Below, in pieces: positions 35,628 through 47,357 of a stretch of 64,000 bases of DNA; position 1 is the first letter of the stretch, and every line of letters begins with the position of its first letter. The DNA comes from Chloroflexota bacterium. GTDB lineage: Bacteria > Chloroflexota > UBA5177. The translations under genes were made by a program, and so were the position numbers. The notes under the pieces were generated by a model. The model did not search any database and was not told where the DNA came from. It saw nothing but the letters and a program-made list of their open reading frames with translations. The stretch covers positions 6,641 to 70,640 of the forward strand of contig DAIORV010000005.1 in assembly GCA_036752825.1 (NCBI GenBank), given 5' to 3'.

Positions 35628-37655
35628 ATGGCGACAGCGACCGGTACTGAGCGCAGGGTTGATGATCAGCTCCAGCAGCTGATGATTAATACAATTCGAA
35701 CGCTTTCGATCGACGGGGTGCAGAAGGCAAACTCCGGACATCCGGGGGCGCCGCTTGGCGCGGCGCCCGCCGGCTATACCTTGTACACCAAGGTCATGCG
35801 TCACAACCCACACAATCCCGATTGGCCGAATCGGGACAGATTCGTCCTCTCCGCCGGTCATGCTTCGATGCTCCTGTATTCCCTCTTGTATCTGACCGGA
35901 TACGATCTCTCTCTTGACGACATCAAGCAGTTTCGGCAGTGGGAGTCCAAGACACCGGGTCATCCGGAATACCGTCTCACCCCCGGAGTCGAAACGAGTA
36001 CCGGTCCTCTCGGCCAGGGTTTCGCCAACTCCGTGGGCATGGCAATAGCCGAAGCCTTCCTTGCCGCCCACTACAACCGTCCCGGACTCAATGTTGTCGA
36101 CCACTATGTCTATGGAATCTGTAGCGATGGCGATTTGCAAGAGGGAGTGGCCTCCGAAGCTGCCTCTCTCGCCGGACACCTACAGCTCGGCAAGCTCATC
36201 TTCCTCTACGACGACAACAACGTGCAGCTTTCCGGACCGTCAAACGTGAGCTTTACGGAGAACGTGCCGGAGCGTTTTCGCGCCTATGGATGGCACGTCA
36301 CCGAAGTCCAGGACGGGAACGACGTCGATGCGATTTACAGCGCGATCACGGAAGCTCAGGGAGTTTCGAACAAGCCATCTCTGATTCCTGTCCACACCGT
36401 CATCGGCTATGCCAGCCCCAAGGCCGGTAGCTACAAGGTGCACGGAGAACCTCTGGGCGAGGACGCGGTCAAGGAGACGAAGAGGGCTCTCGGCTGGGAT
36501 TACTCCGAACCCTTTACAGTCCCTCGTGAAGCCTTGGAGGAGTTCCGGCAGGCGGTTCCTCGTGGAGAGCGGGAAGAGCAGGAATGGAACGAGATCTTCC
36601 AGAGGTGGAAGGGAGAGTATCCCGATCTGGCGAACGAATGGGAGCATGCGCGCACGTGGACGCCACCGGATGGTTGGGACGCGGAGATGCCCAGCTGGCA
36701 ACCCGACCCCAAGGGAATAGCAACGCGAGAAGCGGGCGGCGAGGCCATGAATGCCATCGCCAAGAAGGTTCCCTTCTTCCTCGGGGGGGATGCCGACCTA
36801 ACTCCATCCACCAAGAACAGCCTGATCGGATTTGGCGATTTCCAGCCCGGGAGCTACGAAGGCCGTAACTTGCATTTCGGAGTGCGAGAGCATGCCATGG
36901 GAAGCATCGTGAACGGCATGATGACCAACGGGTTCCTTCGCGCCTTCGGCGCAACCTTCTTCAACTTCTCCGACTATCAGAGGCCTGCCGTTCGCATGGC
37001 GTCGATCATGGAGGTGCCATCGATCTTCCTCTACACGCACGACAGCGTGCTGCTCGGGGAAGATGGTCCCACCCACGAGCCCGTCGAGCACCTGATGTCG
37101 CTTCGAGCGATGCCGAATCTGATTACTATGCGACCCGGTGACGCAAACGAGACCGCCGACGCCTGGCACTGGATCATGAGCAACTGGGAGGCGCCCGTTG
37201 CGCTGGTGCTGACGCGTCAGAAGGTTCCGGTACTCGACCGTTCTGGTAGGCACGGGGATCTCGCGCACGGGGCCTACATTCTGTCCGACGCGGACGGCGG
37301 GGCGCCGGACGTCATCCTTATTGGAACGGGAAGCGAGCTTTCACTTTGCGTTCAAGCTCGCGATGCGCTTGCAGGTAAAGGCGTAAAGGCACGCGTCGTC
37401 AGCTTCCCCAGTTGGGAGCTCTTCGAGCGTCAGCCGAAAACGTATCAGGACGCAGTTCTACCGCCCGCGATAGGCGCCCGCGTCTCCGTGGAAGCGGGAG
37501 CAACCCTCGGCTGGTGTAAGTGGATCGGCGAGCATGGAGTGTCAATCGGAGTGGACCGCTTTGGAGCCTCCGCTCCGGCCTCCGTCATCGCCGAGAAACT
37601 AGGACTCACAGCTGAGAACGTCACGCAACACGCGCTCAAACTGCTGGGCAGATAG
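35628..37655 (+). CDS. tkt: Transketolase
   Basis: Full-length match with the TPP-binding motif (GHPG...GPLGQG) and the pyrimidine and C-terminal domains. Confidence 0.95.
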   Translation: MATATGTERRVDDQLQQLMINTIRTLSIDGVQKANSGHPGAPLGAAPAGYTLYTKVMRHNPHNPDWPNRDRFVLSAGHASMLLYSLLYLTGYDLSLDDIKQFRQWESKTPGHPEYRLTPGVETSTGPLGQGFANSVGMAIAEAFLAAHYNRPGLNVVDHYVYGICSDGDLQEGVASEAASLAGHLQLGKLIFLYDDNNVQLSGPSNVSFTENVPERFRAYGWHVTEVQDGNDVDAIYSAITEAQGVSNKPSLIPVHTVIGYASPKAGSYKVHGEPLGEDAVKETKRALGWDYSEPFTVPREALEEFRQAVPRGEREEQEWNEIFQRWKGEYPDLANEWEHARTWTPPDGWDAEMPSWQPDPKGIATREAGGEAMNAIAKKVPFFLGGDADLTPSTKNSLIGFGDFQPGSYEGRNLHFGVREHAMGSIVNGMMTNGFLRAFGATFFNFSDYQRPAVRMASIMEVPSIFLYTHDSVLLGEDGPTHEPVEHLMSLRAMPNLITMRPGDANETADAWHWIMSNWEAPVALVLTRQKVPVLDRSGRHGDLAHGAYILSDADGGAPDVILIGTGSELSLCVQARDALAGKGVKARVVSFPSWELFERQPKTYQDAVLPPAIGARVSVEAGATLGWCKWIGEHGVSIGVDRFGASAPASVIAEKLGLTAENVTQHALKLLGR

Positions 37656-37703
37656 TCAAGCCAAACCCCATATTCGGGCGCACCGCGCCGCAGGAGCACT
37701 GAC

Positions 37704-38651
37704 ATGCAGATCGGGATGATAGGGCTCGGCCGCATGGGCGGCAATATGTCTGTTCGGCTGATCCAGCACGGTCACGAAGTGGTCGCCTACGACCGTGATC
37801 CGGAGGCGGTTCAGCGCCTAGCAAAAGACGGGGCAAAACCTGCCGAATCGCTCGAAGACCTCGTTCGCCAGCTGAAGCCGCCGAGGGGCGTCTGGATGAT
37901 GGTCCCGGCCGGAGACCCGGTGGACGCCACGATCTCCACGCTCCTACCCACCATGGAGCGAGGCGATACCTTTATCGATGGCGGCAACTCGAAATGGACA
38001 GACACCCGGCGGCGAGCCGACGAGCTCCAAGCCAAAGGTTTCAATCTCATCGACTGCGGCACCAGCGGTGGCATCTGGGGACTCACAGTCGGGTACTCGA
38101 TGATGATTGGCGGTCCGAAGGAGGCTGTGCGGCAATTCGATCCAATCTTCAGCGCTTTGGCGCCGGAGGGCGGGTATGGTCACGTTGGCGAAGCCGGCTC
38201 GGGTCATTTCACCAAGATGGTGCACAACGGAATCGAGTACGGCCTGATGGAGGCCTACGGTGAAGGACTCGAGATTCTGAAACAGTCCAAGTTCTACGAT
38301 CTCGACCTGGTCCAGATCTGCGGCATTTGGAACCATGGCAGCGTCGTCCGGTCATGGCTGTTGGAGCTGGCGGAGTCCGCGTTGAGGCGCGATCCAAATC
38401 TCGACGCGCTGCGAGGTTTCGTGCAGGATTCCGGCGAGGGCCGATGGACGGTGGAGGCTGCTATCGACGAAGACGTGCCCGCACCAATCATCACCGAGTC
38501 GCTCTTCCGCCGATTCTCTTCTCGGCAGACCGACGCGTTTTCCAATAAGGTGTTGGCAGCTTTGCGAAACGAGTTCGGAGGGCATCCTGTCGAGACCTCG
38601 GAGGGAACCCTTAGTAAGCCTGTTTCGGCGCCCGGCGGGGGCGGCGAATAG
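37704..38651 (+). CDS. gnd: 6-phosphogluconate dehydrogenase (decarboxylating), short Gnd-like form
   Basis: [15 protein letters not shown] is the Rossmann fold, with a C-terminal 6PGD domain. Confidence 0.9.
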   Translation: MQIGMIGLGRMGGNMSVRLIQHGHEVVAYDRDPEAVQRLAKDGAKPAESLEDLVRQLKPPRGVWMMVPAGDPVDATISTLLPTMERGDTFIDGGNSKWTDTRRRADELQAKGFNLIDCGTSGGIWGLTVGYSMMIGGPKEAVRQFDPIFSALAPEGGYGHVGEAGSGHFTKMVHNGIEYGLMEAYGEGLEILKQSKFYDLDLVQICGIWNHGSVVRSWLLELAESALRRDPNLDALRGFVQDSGEGRWTVEAAIDEDVPAPIITESLFRRFSSRQTDAFSNKVLAALRNEFGGHPVETSEGTLSKPVSAPGGGGE

Positions 38652-38655
38652 TAGC

Positions 38656-40203
38656 GTGGCAACCGTCCTGGAAGACAATCCTCTCCGAGCAGGCTCAGCC
38701 CTCAAACGGATGCCGGACCCATGCACCATCGTCATCATGGGTGCAACCGGCGACCTGGCGCACCGCAAGCTCATCCCCTCGCTCTACAACCTGGCGGTAG
38801 ACCATCTACTACCTCACGGCTTCGCCATCATTGGCTTCGCACGCCAGGACAAAGGACATGACGACTTCCGCGCTGATATGAGGCGATCAGTCGATGAGTT
38901 CTCTCGTTACTCCCCGGTGCAAGAGGACGTTTGGAAGAGCTTCGCCGAGGGCCTGTACTTCCAGCAGGCAGATTTTGGCGACCTCAAGTGCTACGAGGAT
39001 CTAAAGGAGCGTCTGGACCGCGTCGACCACGAACGAGGTACTCAAGGAAACCGTGTTTTCTACCTCGCTACCCCGCCCAGCGTCTTCGGACTGATAGCCG
39101 AGATGCTGAAGAAGGCGGGACTGGTAACCAGGAATGCAGAGGGCGAGCACTGGAGTCGCATCGTCGTCGAGAAGCCTTTCGGCCGCGATCTCGCAAGCGC
39201 GAAACAGCTCAATAGAGAGCTTCTAAACGTATTCCGCGAACCTCAGATTTATCGCATCGACCACTATCTCGGAAAAGAGACGGTGCAGAACATCCTGGTC
39301 TTCCGGTTCGCCAACGGCCTCTTCGAGCCAATTTGGAATCGCCGGTACGTCGATAACGTGCAGATCACGGTGGCGGAAGATCTAGGCATCGAGCGGAGAG
39401 GCGGCTACTACGAGACGGCCGGTGCACTTCGGGACATGGTTCAGAGCCACATGCTGCAGCTGCTAACGCTAACGGCCATGGAGCCTCCGGTCGGCTTGGA
39501 TGCAGACTCCGTTCGCGATGAGAAGGTAAAGGTTCTGCGCGCGGTACACCGCATGTCGGCGGTCGAGGTGGCAAACAACGTTGTTCGGGGGCAGTACGGA
39601 CCTGGCTGGGTCGGTGGCAAAGAGGTGGCGGGTTATCGCGCCGAGGCTGATGTGGCCCCTGATTCGACGACGGAAGCCTTTGTTGCCCTCAAGCTACAGG
39701 TCGAGAGCTGGCGATGGGCCGGCGTGCCTTTCTATCTACGTCATGGCAAACGGCTTCCAAAGAAGGAAACGGAGATCGCGGTCACCTTCAAGCAAGCGCC
39801 GTTGGCCCTCTTTCACGATCTGGACCCCGGCAGCATGGAACACAACGTCTTATCACTTCGCATCCAGCCCGATGAAGGCATTTCGCTCAAAATTGTCGCG
39901 AAAGCTCCGGGGCAACAAATCGACATTCAGCCTGTGTTCATGGACTTCTTGTATGGTTCGGCATTTGTGCGCCAATCGCCGGAGGCGTACGAGCGCCTGC
40001 TGTTGGACGTCATGCTCGGTGACTCGACCCTCTTCACGAGGAAAGACGAAGTCGAGCACGAATGGTCGATCTTAACGCCCATTCTTGAGACCTGGTCAGA
40101 CACACAGGTTCCCGACTTTCCCAATTACGAGGCAGGCACCTGGGGTCCTCAGAGCGCCGTCGATCTCGTCAGCCAGGATGGTCGAACTTGGAGGAAAGTC
40201 TGA
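38656..40203 (+). CDS. zwf: Glucose-6-phosphate 1-dehydrogenase
   Basis: [13 protein letters not shown] ... RIDHYLGKE ... are G6PD signatures. The start is GTG. Confidence 0.95.
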   Translation: MATVLEDNPLRAGSALKRMPDPCTIVIMGATGDLAHRKLIPSLYNLAVDHLLPHGFAIIGFARQDKGHDDFRADMRRSVDEFSRYSPVQEDVWKSFAEGLYFQQADFGDLKCYEDLKERLDRVDHERGTQGNRVFYLATPPSVFGLIAEMLKKAGLVTRNAEGEHWSRIVVEKPFGRDLASAKQLNRELLNVFREPQIYRIDHYLGKETVQNILVFRFANGLFEPIWNRRYVDNVQITVAEDLGIERRGGYYETAGALRDMVQSHMLQLLTLTAMEPPVGLDADSVRDEKVKVLRAVHRMSAVEVANNVVRGQYGPGWVGGKEVAGYRAEADVAPDSTTEAFVALKLQVESWRWAGVPFYLRHGKRLPKKETEIAVTFKQAPLALFHDLDPGSMEHNVLSLRIQPDEGISLKIVAKAPGQQIDIQPVFMDFLYGSAFVRQSPEAYERLLLDVMLGDSTLFTRKDEVEHEWSILTPILETWSDTQVPDFPNYEAGTWGPQSAVDLVSQDGRTWRKV

Positions 40204-40205
40204 AG

Positions 40206-41366
40206 ATGAGCCAGCCCGTAGTCATCGAATGGAACGCGACCGATGTGGATCTCGCCACCGTCGAGCGAAACATGGCCGCGCTGTGGAAGCAGCTCGCCGA
40301 CGCCCAAGACAGAGTCTGTCCGGTTCGCACCCACATCTTTAACCTGGTCGTTTACGCAGGGAAACATGAAGAGGCGCAGAGGATCGAGCACGCGCTGAGT
40401 CAGCTCGAGGATCGCCAGCCCTCGAGAACCATAATCCTCCACGGAGATCGGACGCCGGACCGAATGTCCATCGACGCCGCTGCCAGTGTAGTTTGCTCTC
40501 CCGTTTCCGCAGACAGAGCGCCTCGCGGATGCGAGCGATTGTCTATCTGTGCGTGGGGACGGGCCGCCGATCACCTCGACAGCGTTGTGATTCCACTTCT
40601 CATTCCCGAAATCCGAACCTATCTTTGGTGGCCGGGTCAGCCGCCGTTCGGCTATCGTTCGTTTCACCGACTACTAGCTTTTGCCGATCAGCTCGTTGTC
40701 GATTCCGCGCAGTTCGAGTCGCCGGGCGACGGGCTCTCGGATATCGCCCGCCTGTCCTCCGGCGCCCAGGGGGTGAACGACTTCCATTGGGCCCGACTGG
40801 CAACCTGGCGCGAGATCATTTCGCAGTTTTTTGACGGAGCCCATAATGTCGCTTACGCGCGGAACGTTCAGAGCCTCTCACTACATTTTGGAGCGGGCGG
40901 CGGCGAGCTCCATCGGCGATCGGCGACGGCCGGGCTTCTCCTTCTCCTTGGGTGGGCGGGGCATGCCTTCCACTGGGAGCCAGAGACCACGCTCGAGGGT
41001 CTATTGGAGAGCAATCTCGAGTTGACCGCGATCCAGGGAAATCGGCTGATCCCGATTCATATTCGTTTCGATGACCACGGCGAAAAGGCCGCGGGACGGC
41101 TCATGCTGGTTGAAATTGATGCGTCTGCGCCGGGTCTGAGCAACGCGCGCTTCACCGTGCAGCGCACCGAGGACATGCAAAACGCGCGAATAAGTGAGGC
41201 GCTAAAGAATCAGCCGACACACGAGCGAGTAGTTCCATTGGCCCTGCGCTCGGATGTTGAAGTCCTCATCGACGAGCTGGAGACCACCGGGCACGACGCG
41301 ATCTACGAGTCTTCCGTGGCCCAGGCGAGCCGGTTTGCCGGGCGGGTGATATGGACCCCGGCCTGA
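40206..41366 (+). CDS. opcA: Glucose-6-phosphate dehydrogenase assembly protein OpcA
   Basis: The OpcA family fold sits in the conserved zwf-opcA-pgl context. The ATG lies immediately after the zwf stop. Confidence 0.8.
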   Translation: MSQPVVIEWNATDVDLATVERNMAALWKQLADAQDRVCPVRTHIFNLVVYAGKHEEAQRIEHALSQLEDRQPSRTIILHGDRTPDRMSIDAAASVVCSPVSADRAPRGCERLSICAWGRAADHLDSVVIPLLIPEIRTYLWWPGQPPFGYRSFHRLLAFADQLVVDSAQFESPGDGLSDIARLSSGAQGVNDFHWARLATWREIISQFFDGAHNVAYARNVQSLSLHFGAGGGELHRRSATAGLLLLLGWAGHAFHWEPETTLEGLLESNLELTAIQGNRLIPIHIRFDDHGEKAAGRLMLVEIDASAPGLSNARFTVQRTEDMQNARISEALKNQPTHERVVPLALRSDVEVLIDELETTGHDAIYESSVAQASRFAGRVIWTPA

Positions 41367-42097
41367 GCGTGGCTCGGCGACTTGAAGTCAGTGAGAGCCC
41401 CGAAGACGTAGGAAGGGCCGCCGCCGATCTTTTCTGCCAAATCGCCACACACTCGATACAGGATCGCGACGAGTTCCATGTCGCGCTCTCGGGTGGAAGC
41501 ACGCCGAAAATTCTCTACGGTGTCCTGGCCGGAGACGCGTATCAGCAAAAGGTCGACTGGTCGCGGACACACGTGTTCTTTTCGGACGAACGCTTCGTTC
41601 CTCCCGAATCCCTCGAGAGCAACTATCGTTCGGCACTGGATGGTTTGCTTTCCCATGTGCCGATTCCTTCCGGCAACGTGCATCCGGTTCCAACCGTGAA
41701 CATCGACCCGGATGCAGCCGCACGGCAGTATTCCAAGCTCATCGAGAGCGATGTTCCCGGTGACCCGTGGCCTCGCTTCGACCTGATCATTTTGGGAATG
41801 GGCCCCGATGGACATACGGCGTCGCTCTTTCCTGGATCAGATGCTCTGCGCATCGACGACCGTCTGGTAGCTCCAAACTTCGTTGAGAAACTGAAATCGT
41901 GGCGCATCACTTTTACCTTCCCGCTGCTCAATGCCGGTAGAACAGTGCTTTTTCTGGTTACGGGGGAAGATAAGGCCGCGCGCGTCGAGGAAATCGCTGC
42001 CGGTGCCGATTATCCCGCTGCTCGAGTGAAGCCAGACCAAGGGGAGCTGATTTGGCTGCTGGACTCGGCAGCCGCCTCTCGACTTCCGGCTCGATGA
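41351..42097 (+). CDS. pgl: 6-phosphogluconolactonase
   Basis: VALSGGSTP ... ILGMGPDGHTASLFP are pgl motifs. Confidence 0.9.
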   Translation: MDPGLSVARRLEVSESPEDVGRAAADLFCQIATHSIQDRDEFHVALSGGSTPKILYGVLAGDAYQQKVDWSRTHVFFSDERFVPPESLESNYRSALDGLLSHVPIPSGNVHPVPTVNIDPDAAARQYSKLIESDVPGDPWPRFDLIILGMGPDGHTASLFPGSDALRIDDRLVAPNFVEKLKSWRITFTFPLLNAGRTVLFLVTGEDKAARVEEIAAGADYPAARVKPDQGELIWLLDSAAASRLPAR

Positions 42098-42777
42098 CCG
42101 CGTTCCACAAGGTTCAAATCGCGCCGTCGATCCTCGCAGGTGACTTCTTACATCTAGAAGATGCAGTGTTGTCAGCCGAAGATGCGCGAGCGGATAGACT
42201 TCACGTCGACGTTATGGACGGGCGGTTCGTGCCCAACATATCGATCGGGATCCCGGTGCTCGAGTCCATCAGGTCGGCGACCGGGATGATGCTCGAAGCG
42301 CATTTGATGATCGTCGAACCTGAGAAGTACGTTGCGGACTTCTCGCGCGCGGGAGCCGACCTGATCATCGTCCATCAGGAAGTCTCACCACACCTCTATC
42401 GGACGCTCGAGCAAGTCCACGAGAGCAAAGTGCGGGCGGGTGTCGCGGTCAATCCCGCCACTCCGGCATCTGCCGTCCAGGAAGTCTTGGGCCTGGCCGA
42501 TCTGGTACTTGTCATGACCGTCAGCCCCGGGTTTGGTGGGCAGGAGTTCATCGCCTCCATGCTGCCAAAGATTGAGTGGCTGAGAAACGAGGTCGATAGA
42601 CTCGGTTTGGACACAGAGATCGAGGTTGATGGCGGTATCACTACGGAGAATGCCGGTCGAGTCGTGGCTGCGGGAGCGCGTGTCCTTGTCGCCGGAACAT
42701 CTGTCTACAGGGCACCAGAGGGCGTGTCCGAGGCAATCCAATCCCTCCGCGCGGCTGGCGAAGCTGCCCTGAACTAG
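42094..42777 (+). CDS. rpe: Ribulose-phosphate 3-epimerase
   Basis: IAPSILAGDF ... HVDVMDGRFVPN ... VSPGFGGQ. The ATG overlaps the pgl stop (ATGA). Confidence 0.95.
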   Translation: MTAFHKVQIAPSILAGDFLHLEDAVLSAEDARADRLHVDVMDGRFVPNISIGIPVLESIRSATGMMLEAHLMIVEPEKYVADFSRAGADLIIVHQEVSPHLYRTLEQVHESKVRAGVAVNPATPASAVQEVLGLADLVLVMTVSPGFGGQEFIASMLPKIEWLRNEVDRLGLDTEIEVDGGITTENAGRVVAAGARVLVAGTSVYRAPEGVSEAIQSLRAAGEAALN

Positions 42778-42818
42778 CTACGTGCGACAATGAGCGTAGG
42801 CTTTCAAGAGGTGATTTG

Positions 42819-43058
42819 GTGAAACTGCTTGTCTTGTTGTTCGGTCTCATTGGTGGCGCAACTGCGTCTGCAGCTTGGCTCCTTTCAGAGCCGGACGCCG
42901 CGACGTCTGCAAGCCCGAATGGGCGGCTAGCTGCGTTGAAGGCGAGGATCGCCACTGCCATGTCCGAAGGGAAGGCCGCGGCCGCCGCAACAGAGAATAC
43001 GTTGCGCCTTGAGCTGGAGGCGTACCGGGCACATCCCGACCGGCCCGCCGTTTCCTGA
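42819..43058 (+). CDS. Hypothetical small Ala-rich protein with an N-terminal hydrophobic segment
   Basis: AGAGGTGA SD is followed by GTG. The protein is MKLLVLLFGLIGGATASAAWLL..., and no homolog was recognised. Confidence 0.35.
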   Translation: MKLLVLLFGLIGGATASAAWLLSEPDAATSASPNGRLAALKARIATAMSEGKAAAAATENTLRLELEAYRAHPDRPAVS

Positions 43059-43146
43059 CTTCCCCAGCCACCCGCGCCTCAGCTTGAGCGCCGCTTCGCT
43101 TTGTTAGAATCTGCCCGAACTACGCGGGCCATCAAGGTCTTGTCAA

Positions 43147-45777
43147 TTGCAGAGCGCAGAGATCCGGCAAAAGTTCATCGACTTCTTCTTGGAGCGAGGG
43201 CATCTCGAGATGCCCTCGCTTCCGCTTGCGCCCAATGAGGTCAGCATCACGACGATGTTCACAATTGCCGGCATGCAGCAGATGATCCCCTTCTTTCTGG
43301 GACGCGAGCAACCCCCGAGCAAGCGCATGGTAAACGTGCAGAAGGCAATACGAACAGTCGATATCGACGAAGTCGGCGATGACATCCACCTCACGTACCT
43401 CGAAATGCTTGGGAACTTCTCCGTCGGCGACTATTTCAAGGCCCAGGCGATCTCCTATACCTGGGAGTTCCTGACCGACGTCCTCCGCATTCCTCCCGAG
43501 AGATGGTGGGTCACGCACTATCCCGGTGACGACGAGGCGCATCAAGCCTGGCTCGACGTGGGAGTTGCCGCGGACCGGATCGGCGAAACGGAAGAGAACT
43601 TCTGGGGTCCGCCTGGACCCGCCGGCCCGTGCGGACCTGACTCCGAGATCCATTTCGATCGCGGACCCCAACACAGCTGTGGACGGCCGGACTGCCGGCC
43701 CGAAAACGAGTGCTGCGATCGCTTCATGGAAACCTGGAATAACGTTTTCATCCAGTATTTCCAGGAGGAGAGCGGAGAGCGACGCCCGCTCCCCTGGAAT
43801 AACATCGATACGGGAATGGGCTTCGAACGTCTGGTTGCAGCCCTGCAGGGTGTCGACAACCCTTATGAAACCGATCTCTTTCAGCCGATTTTGAGCGGCT
43901 TGAGCGAGACCAGCGGCATACCTTACGGCACAGACGCTCGATCCACGCGATCCATGAGAATCGTCGCAGATCATGCTCGCGCGGTCACCATGTTGATCGG
44001 CGACGGAGTCATGCCCTCTCGCGAGGCTCGCGGATATGTCGTACGGAGGCTGATTCGGCGGGCCTCCCTGCACGGTCGGGTACTTGGGATTCGCGATGCA
44101 TTCTTGAGTGCACCGGTCAGCATCGCTATCCGCCTGTTAAGCGCTTGGCATCCAGACCTCGAAGGCAAGCGAGATCACATCCTGCATGTTGTGGCGGACG
44201 AAGAGCGTCGGTTCCTCCAAACCCTGACCCGTGGTCTTGAGATATTCGAAAACCTCGCGAATCGTGCTCGCCGCGACAGCAAGACGATCTCGGGGGCAGA
44301 CGCTTTCGCTCTTTTCGATACCCACGGCTTCCCCATCGAGCTGACCCGTGAACTGGCAACCGAACGGGGACTGTCAGTCGACGAAGAAGGCTTTGCGGTG
44401 GCCTTGACTCAGCAGCGTACTCGAGGCCGCGAAGGCAGATTCGTCTCCGGCATCGGTACCTCTCCGGAGTTGTATGCGCAGCTGGCAGATGCCGTGCCCG
44501 CCACCACCTTCACTGGATACGACGAGCTCCGGACCACGTCAGAGGTCCTCGCCATACTGGCCGAGGGTGGAACCGTTGATCGAGCGGAGGCGGGGGACGA
44601 GGTGCAGCTGATTCTTGATCGCACGCCGTTCTATGCGGAGTCCGGCGGACAGGTTGGAGATACTGGTTTCTTCCGCGGAAACGGATTGCTTCTGCGCGTT
44701 GGTGATACTCAGAGGCCATATTCTGGCTTCATCGTGCACTCGTGTGAGGTGCTTCAGGGCGCCGTCAATGTTGGGGATGTGGTGGAAGCTGACGTCGACG
44801 AGGAGCGTCGCTTGCACATCCTGCCTCACCACTCAGGCACTCATCTGCTGCACAAGGCGCTCCAGGAGGTCCTTGGCCCGGAAGCGACGCAGGCCGGATC
44901 GCTGGTCGCTCCCGATCGACTTCGCTTCGACTTTCGCTGGCCGCGTCCGATGACGGACGACGAGGTTCGCGAGGTTCAGGACCGCGTAAATGCGGCCATC
45001 TGGGCCAACCTCCCAGTTCGCAACGAAATCATGCAGTACGACGAGGCCGTGGCCGAAGGAGCGATGGCCCTCTTCGGAGAAAAATACGGCGATACCGTTC
45101 GCGTGGTAAAGATCGGCGATTGGAGCAAAGAGCTTTGCGGGGGAACTCACGTGCAGGCGACCGGAGACATCGGACTTCTAGTCATCACGTCAGAGTCGGG
45201 CATTGGGAGCGGAATTCGGCGTGTTTGGGCTCTTGCCGGGGCGGCCGCCTATGCCTATCTCACGGAGCTGCGTGAGCAGCTTTCCGACGCGGCAGCGGCT
45301 CTCGACACTCGTCCAGATAACCTTCTCAACCGAGCTCAGCAGCTATCCGCGCAAGTCCGAGAACAGGAGAAGCGCATCGAGGTCCTTTCAAAGCGGCTGG
45401 CCACCGCTGAAGCAGAAGGTCTGGTCCGTCACGCCATCTCCGTGAACGGCTTCCAAATGGTCGCCGAACAGATTGCGGCCGACGAACCTGGCTACGTAAA
45501 GGTCGTCCTCGACGCGCTGAGATCTCGCCTCGACGGCGGCATTATTGTGCTGGCAGCCAAGGTCGGCGAAACGCCGCGGTTCGCCATGGCGGTGCCGAAG
45601 GCCCTTGGACAACGAGGTTACAGTGCCCGCGAGATATTAGGCGAAGCTGCCAAGCTTGCCAAAGGCGGGGTGGGCGGAGGACAGGATTTCGCGGAAGGCG
45701 GCGGCCGGGACGCCTCCAAGATTCCAGACGTGCTCAGAACTGCAGTCGAGCTCGTGCGACGCAAGGCGGAAGGATGA
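43147..45777 (+). CDS. alaS: Alanine--tRNA ligase
   Basis: Full-length AlaRS with a TTG start, FIDFFLERGH, the editing-domain HxxxH and C-terminal C-Ala. Confidence 0.95.
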   Translation: MQSAEIRQKFIDFFLERGHLEMPSLPLAPNEVSITTMFTIAGMQQMIPFFLGREQPPSKRMVNVQKAIRTVDIDEVGDDIHLTYLEMLGNFSVGDYFKAQAISYTWEFLTDVLRIPPERWWVTHYPGDDEAHQAWLDVGVAADRIGETEENFWGPPGPAGPCGPDSEIHFDRGPQHSCGRPDCRPENECCDRFMETWNNVFIQYFQEESGERRPLPWNNIDTGMGFERLVAALQGVDNPYETDLFQPILSGLSETSGIPYGTDARSTRSMRIVADHARAVTMLIGDGVMPSREARGYVVRRLIRRASLHGRVLGIRDAFLSAPVSIAIRLLSAWHPDLEGKRDHILHVVADEERRFLQTLTRGLEIFENLANRARRDSKTISGADAFALFDTHGFPIELTRELATERGLSVDEEGFAVALTQQRTRGREGRFVSGIGTSPELYAQLADAVPATTFTGYDELRTTSEVLAILAEGGTVDRAEAGDEVQLILDRTPFYAESGGQVGDTGFFRGNGLLLRVGDTQRPYSGFIVHSCEVLQGAVNVGDVVEADVDEERRLHILPHHSGTHLLHKALQEVLGPEATQAGSLVAPDRLRFDFRWPRPMTDDEVREVQDRVNAAIWANLPVRNEIMQYDEAVAEGAMALFGEKYGDTVRVVKIGDWSKELCGGTHVQATGDIGLLVITSESGIGSGIRRVWALAGAAAYAYLTELREQLSDAAAALDTRPDNLLNRAQQLSAQVREQEKRIEVLSKRLATAEAEGLVRHAISVNGFQMVAEQIAADEPGYVKVVLDALRSRLDGGIIVLAAKVGETPRFAMAVPKALGQRGYSAREILGEAAKLAKGGVGGGQDFAEGGGRDASKIPDVLRTAVELVRRKAEG

Positions 45778-46238
45778 GCTTGGAGAATTTCGTCGATGTT
45801 GGAAACGACAACTCACTGCGTCTCCTCGGCCTGGACGTTGGGGATCGCCGAATCGGCGTAGCTGTCAGTGATCCGACCGGCTGCGTCGCCACTCCCATGG
45901 AGATATACACACGGCGAACCCAAGAGGCCGACGTGACTCACATCGATGCTCTGTGCCGCGATCTCGAGGCGAGCGCAGTGGTGGTGGGATTGCCCAAGAA
46001 CATGAACGGCTCCGAAGGCCCGCAGGCCGAGAAGACGCGCGAATTTGCGGATGCCCTGGCCGACCACGGCATTCGCGTGTGGCTCTGGGATGAGCGACTG
46101 AGCACGGTAGAAGCCACTCGCCGACGAGAAGGCCGGGGGAGAAGGCGCAAATCCAGGCAGGAACGCCTCGACGCCGAGGCAGCGGCAGTGATCCTCGAGA
46201 CCTACCTCGATCATCTTCGACTTAAGGGGAAGCAGTGA
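45774..46238 (+). CDS. ruvX: Putative pre-16S rRNA nuclease / Holliday-junction resolvase-like YqgF/RuvX
   Basis: LGLDVGDRRIGVAVSD is the RNase H-like fold, in the conserved alaS-ruvX-mltG order. Confidence 0.9.
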   Translation: MSLENFVDVGNDNSLRLLGLDVGDRRIGVAVSDPTGCVATPMEIYTRRTQEADVTHIDALCRDLEASAVVVGLPKNMNGSEGPQAEKTREFADALADHGIRVWLWDERLSTVEATRRREGRGRRRKSRQERLDAEAAAVILETYLDHLRLKGKQ

Positions 46239-47347
46239 GTAGCAGTAGTGGACCGGTAGCGCCGCGCAGAGCCCGGCCAGTTCTCGAGCAGAGGACGTAC
46301 GTGACGCCGCAGTATCACTCTCGTGTGTGGGGGCGCCTGATTTTCGTCGTCTTCGTACTCGTTTTCGCAGTGGTTTTGGGCGGTTTCGGAACCCTCTATT
46401 GGATGATCCATCGAGCGGAGGGCAGCGGCGGCCAGCGGTTCACCTTTCAGGTGACTCAGGGCGACACGGTGACCAGCATCGCGAATCGCCTAGCGGCAAA
46501 AGGCCTTATCGGGAACTCTCTCATCTTCCGCCTCGACGCGCGTTTCCATGGCCTTGCCAGCAATCTGAAGCCGGGCGCGTACACCTTGCGAAAGAACATG
46601 AGCGTGGACGACATGGTGAACGCTTTGGCGATCTACAAGCAGCAGCTGTTCAAGATCACCATCCCAGAAGGTAAGCGCATGCTTGAAATTGCAGCGATCC
46701 TTCAGCGCCACGGGATTGACTCAAAGAGTTTCCTTCAGGAAGCGAAACATCCTGATCTCAAGTACCTCAATGCCACGATCTTGAATGACAAGCCGGCTAA
46801 CGCCAGCCTCGAGGGATACCTTTTCCCGGACACGTACAAGGTTCCCAAGCAGTTCACAGGCAAGCAGTTTGCAAGAGATATGGTCCAGAACCTGGACCAG
46901 AACTTCACCCAGGCCATGCGCCAGCAAGCTCACGCCCGCAAGTTCAGCATCTATCAAGTGCTCACTCTGGCGTCGATTGTGGAACGGGAAGCAGTTCACG
47001 AACCAGAACGGCCGACGATTGCCGGCGTGTACGTCAACCGTCTGCGGCAGGGTTGGTTTCTAAATGCCGATCCAACCATTCAATATGCGGTCGGCACGCC
47101 CAAAGACTGGTGGCCGGTGCTCACACTCGACCAGCTCCACGTCGCTTCGCCATACAACTCTTACACCCACTACGGTTTGCCACCAGGACCAATTGCCAAC
47201 CCGGGTCTGCTGAGCATCAAAGCCGCCGTCAACCCAAACTCAACTCGATTCATGTTCTTTGTCGCGAAGGGCGGTACCGGGTGGCACGCCTTTGCCGTGA
47301 CGCAAGCGCAACAAGACGCGAACATTCAGCGATATCAGCCTCACTAG
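46235..47347 (+). CDS. mltG: Endolytic murein transglycosylase MltG (YceG family)
   Basis: An N-terminal TM and the YceG domain (LASIVEREA, SPYNSYTHYGLPPGPIANPG). Confidence 0.9.
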   Translation: MSSSSGPVAPRRARPVLEQRTYVTPQYHSRVWGRLIFVVFVLVFAVVLGGFGTLYWMIHRAEGSGGQRFTFQVTQGDTVTSIANRLAAKGLIGNSLIFRLDARFHGLASNLKPGAYTLRKNMSVDDMVNALAIYKQQLFKITIPEGKRMLEIAAILQRHGIDSKSFLQEAKHPDLKYLNATILNDKPANASLEGYLFPDTYKVPKQFTGKQFARDMVQNLDQNFTQAMRQQAHARKFSIYQVLTLASIVEREAVHEPERPTIAGVYVNRLRQGWFLNADPTIQYAVGTPKDWWPVLTLDQLHVASPYNSYTHYGLPPGPIANPGLLSIKAAVNPNSTRFMFFVAKGGTGWHAFAVTQAQQDANIQRYQPH

Positions 47348-47357
47348 AAGGGCCGAG

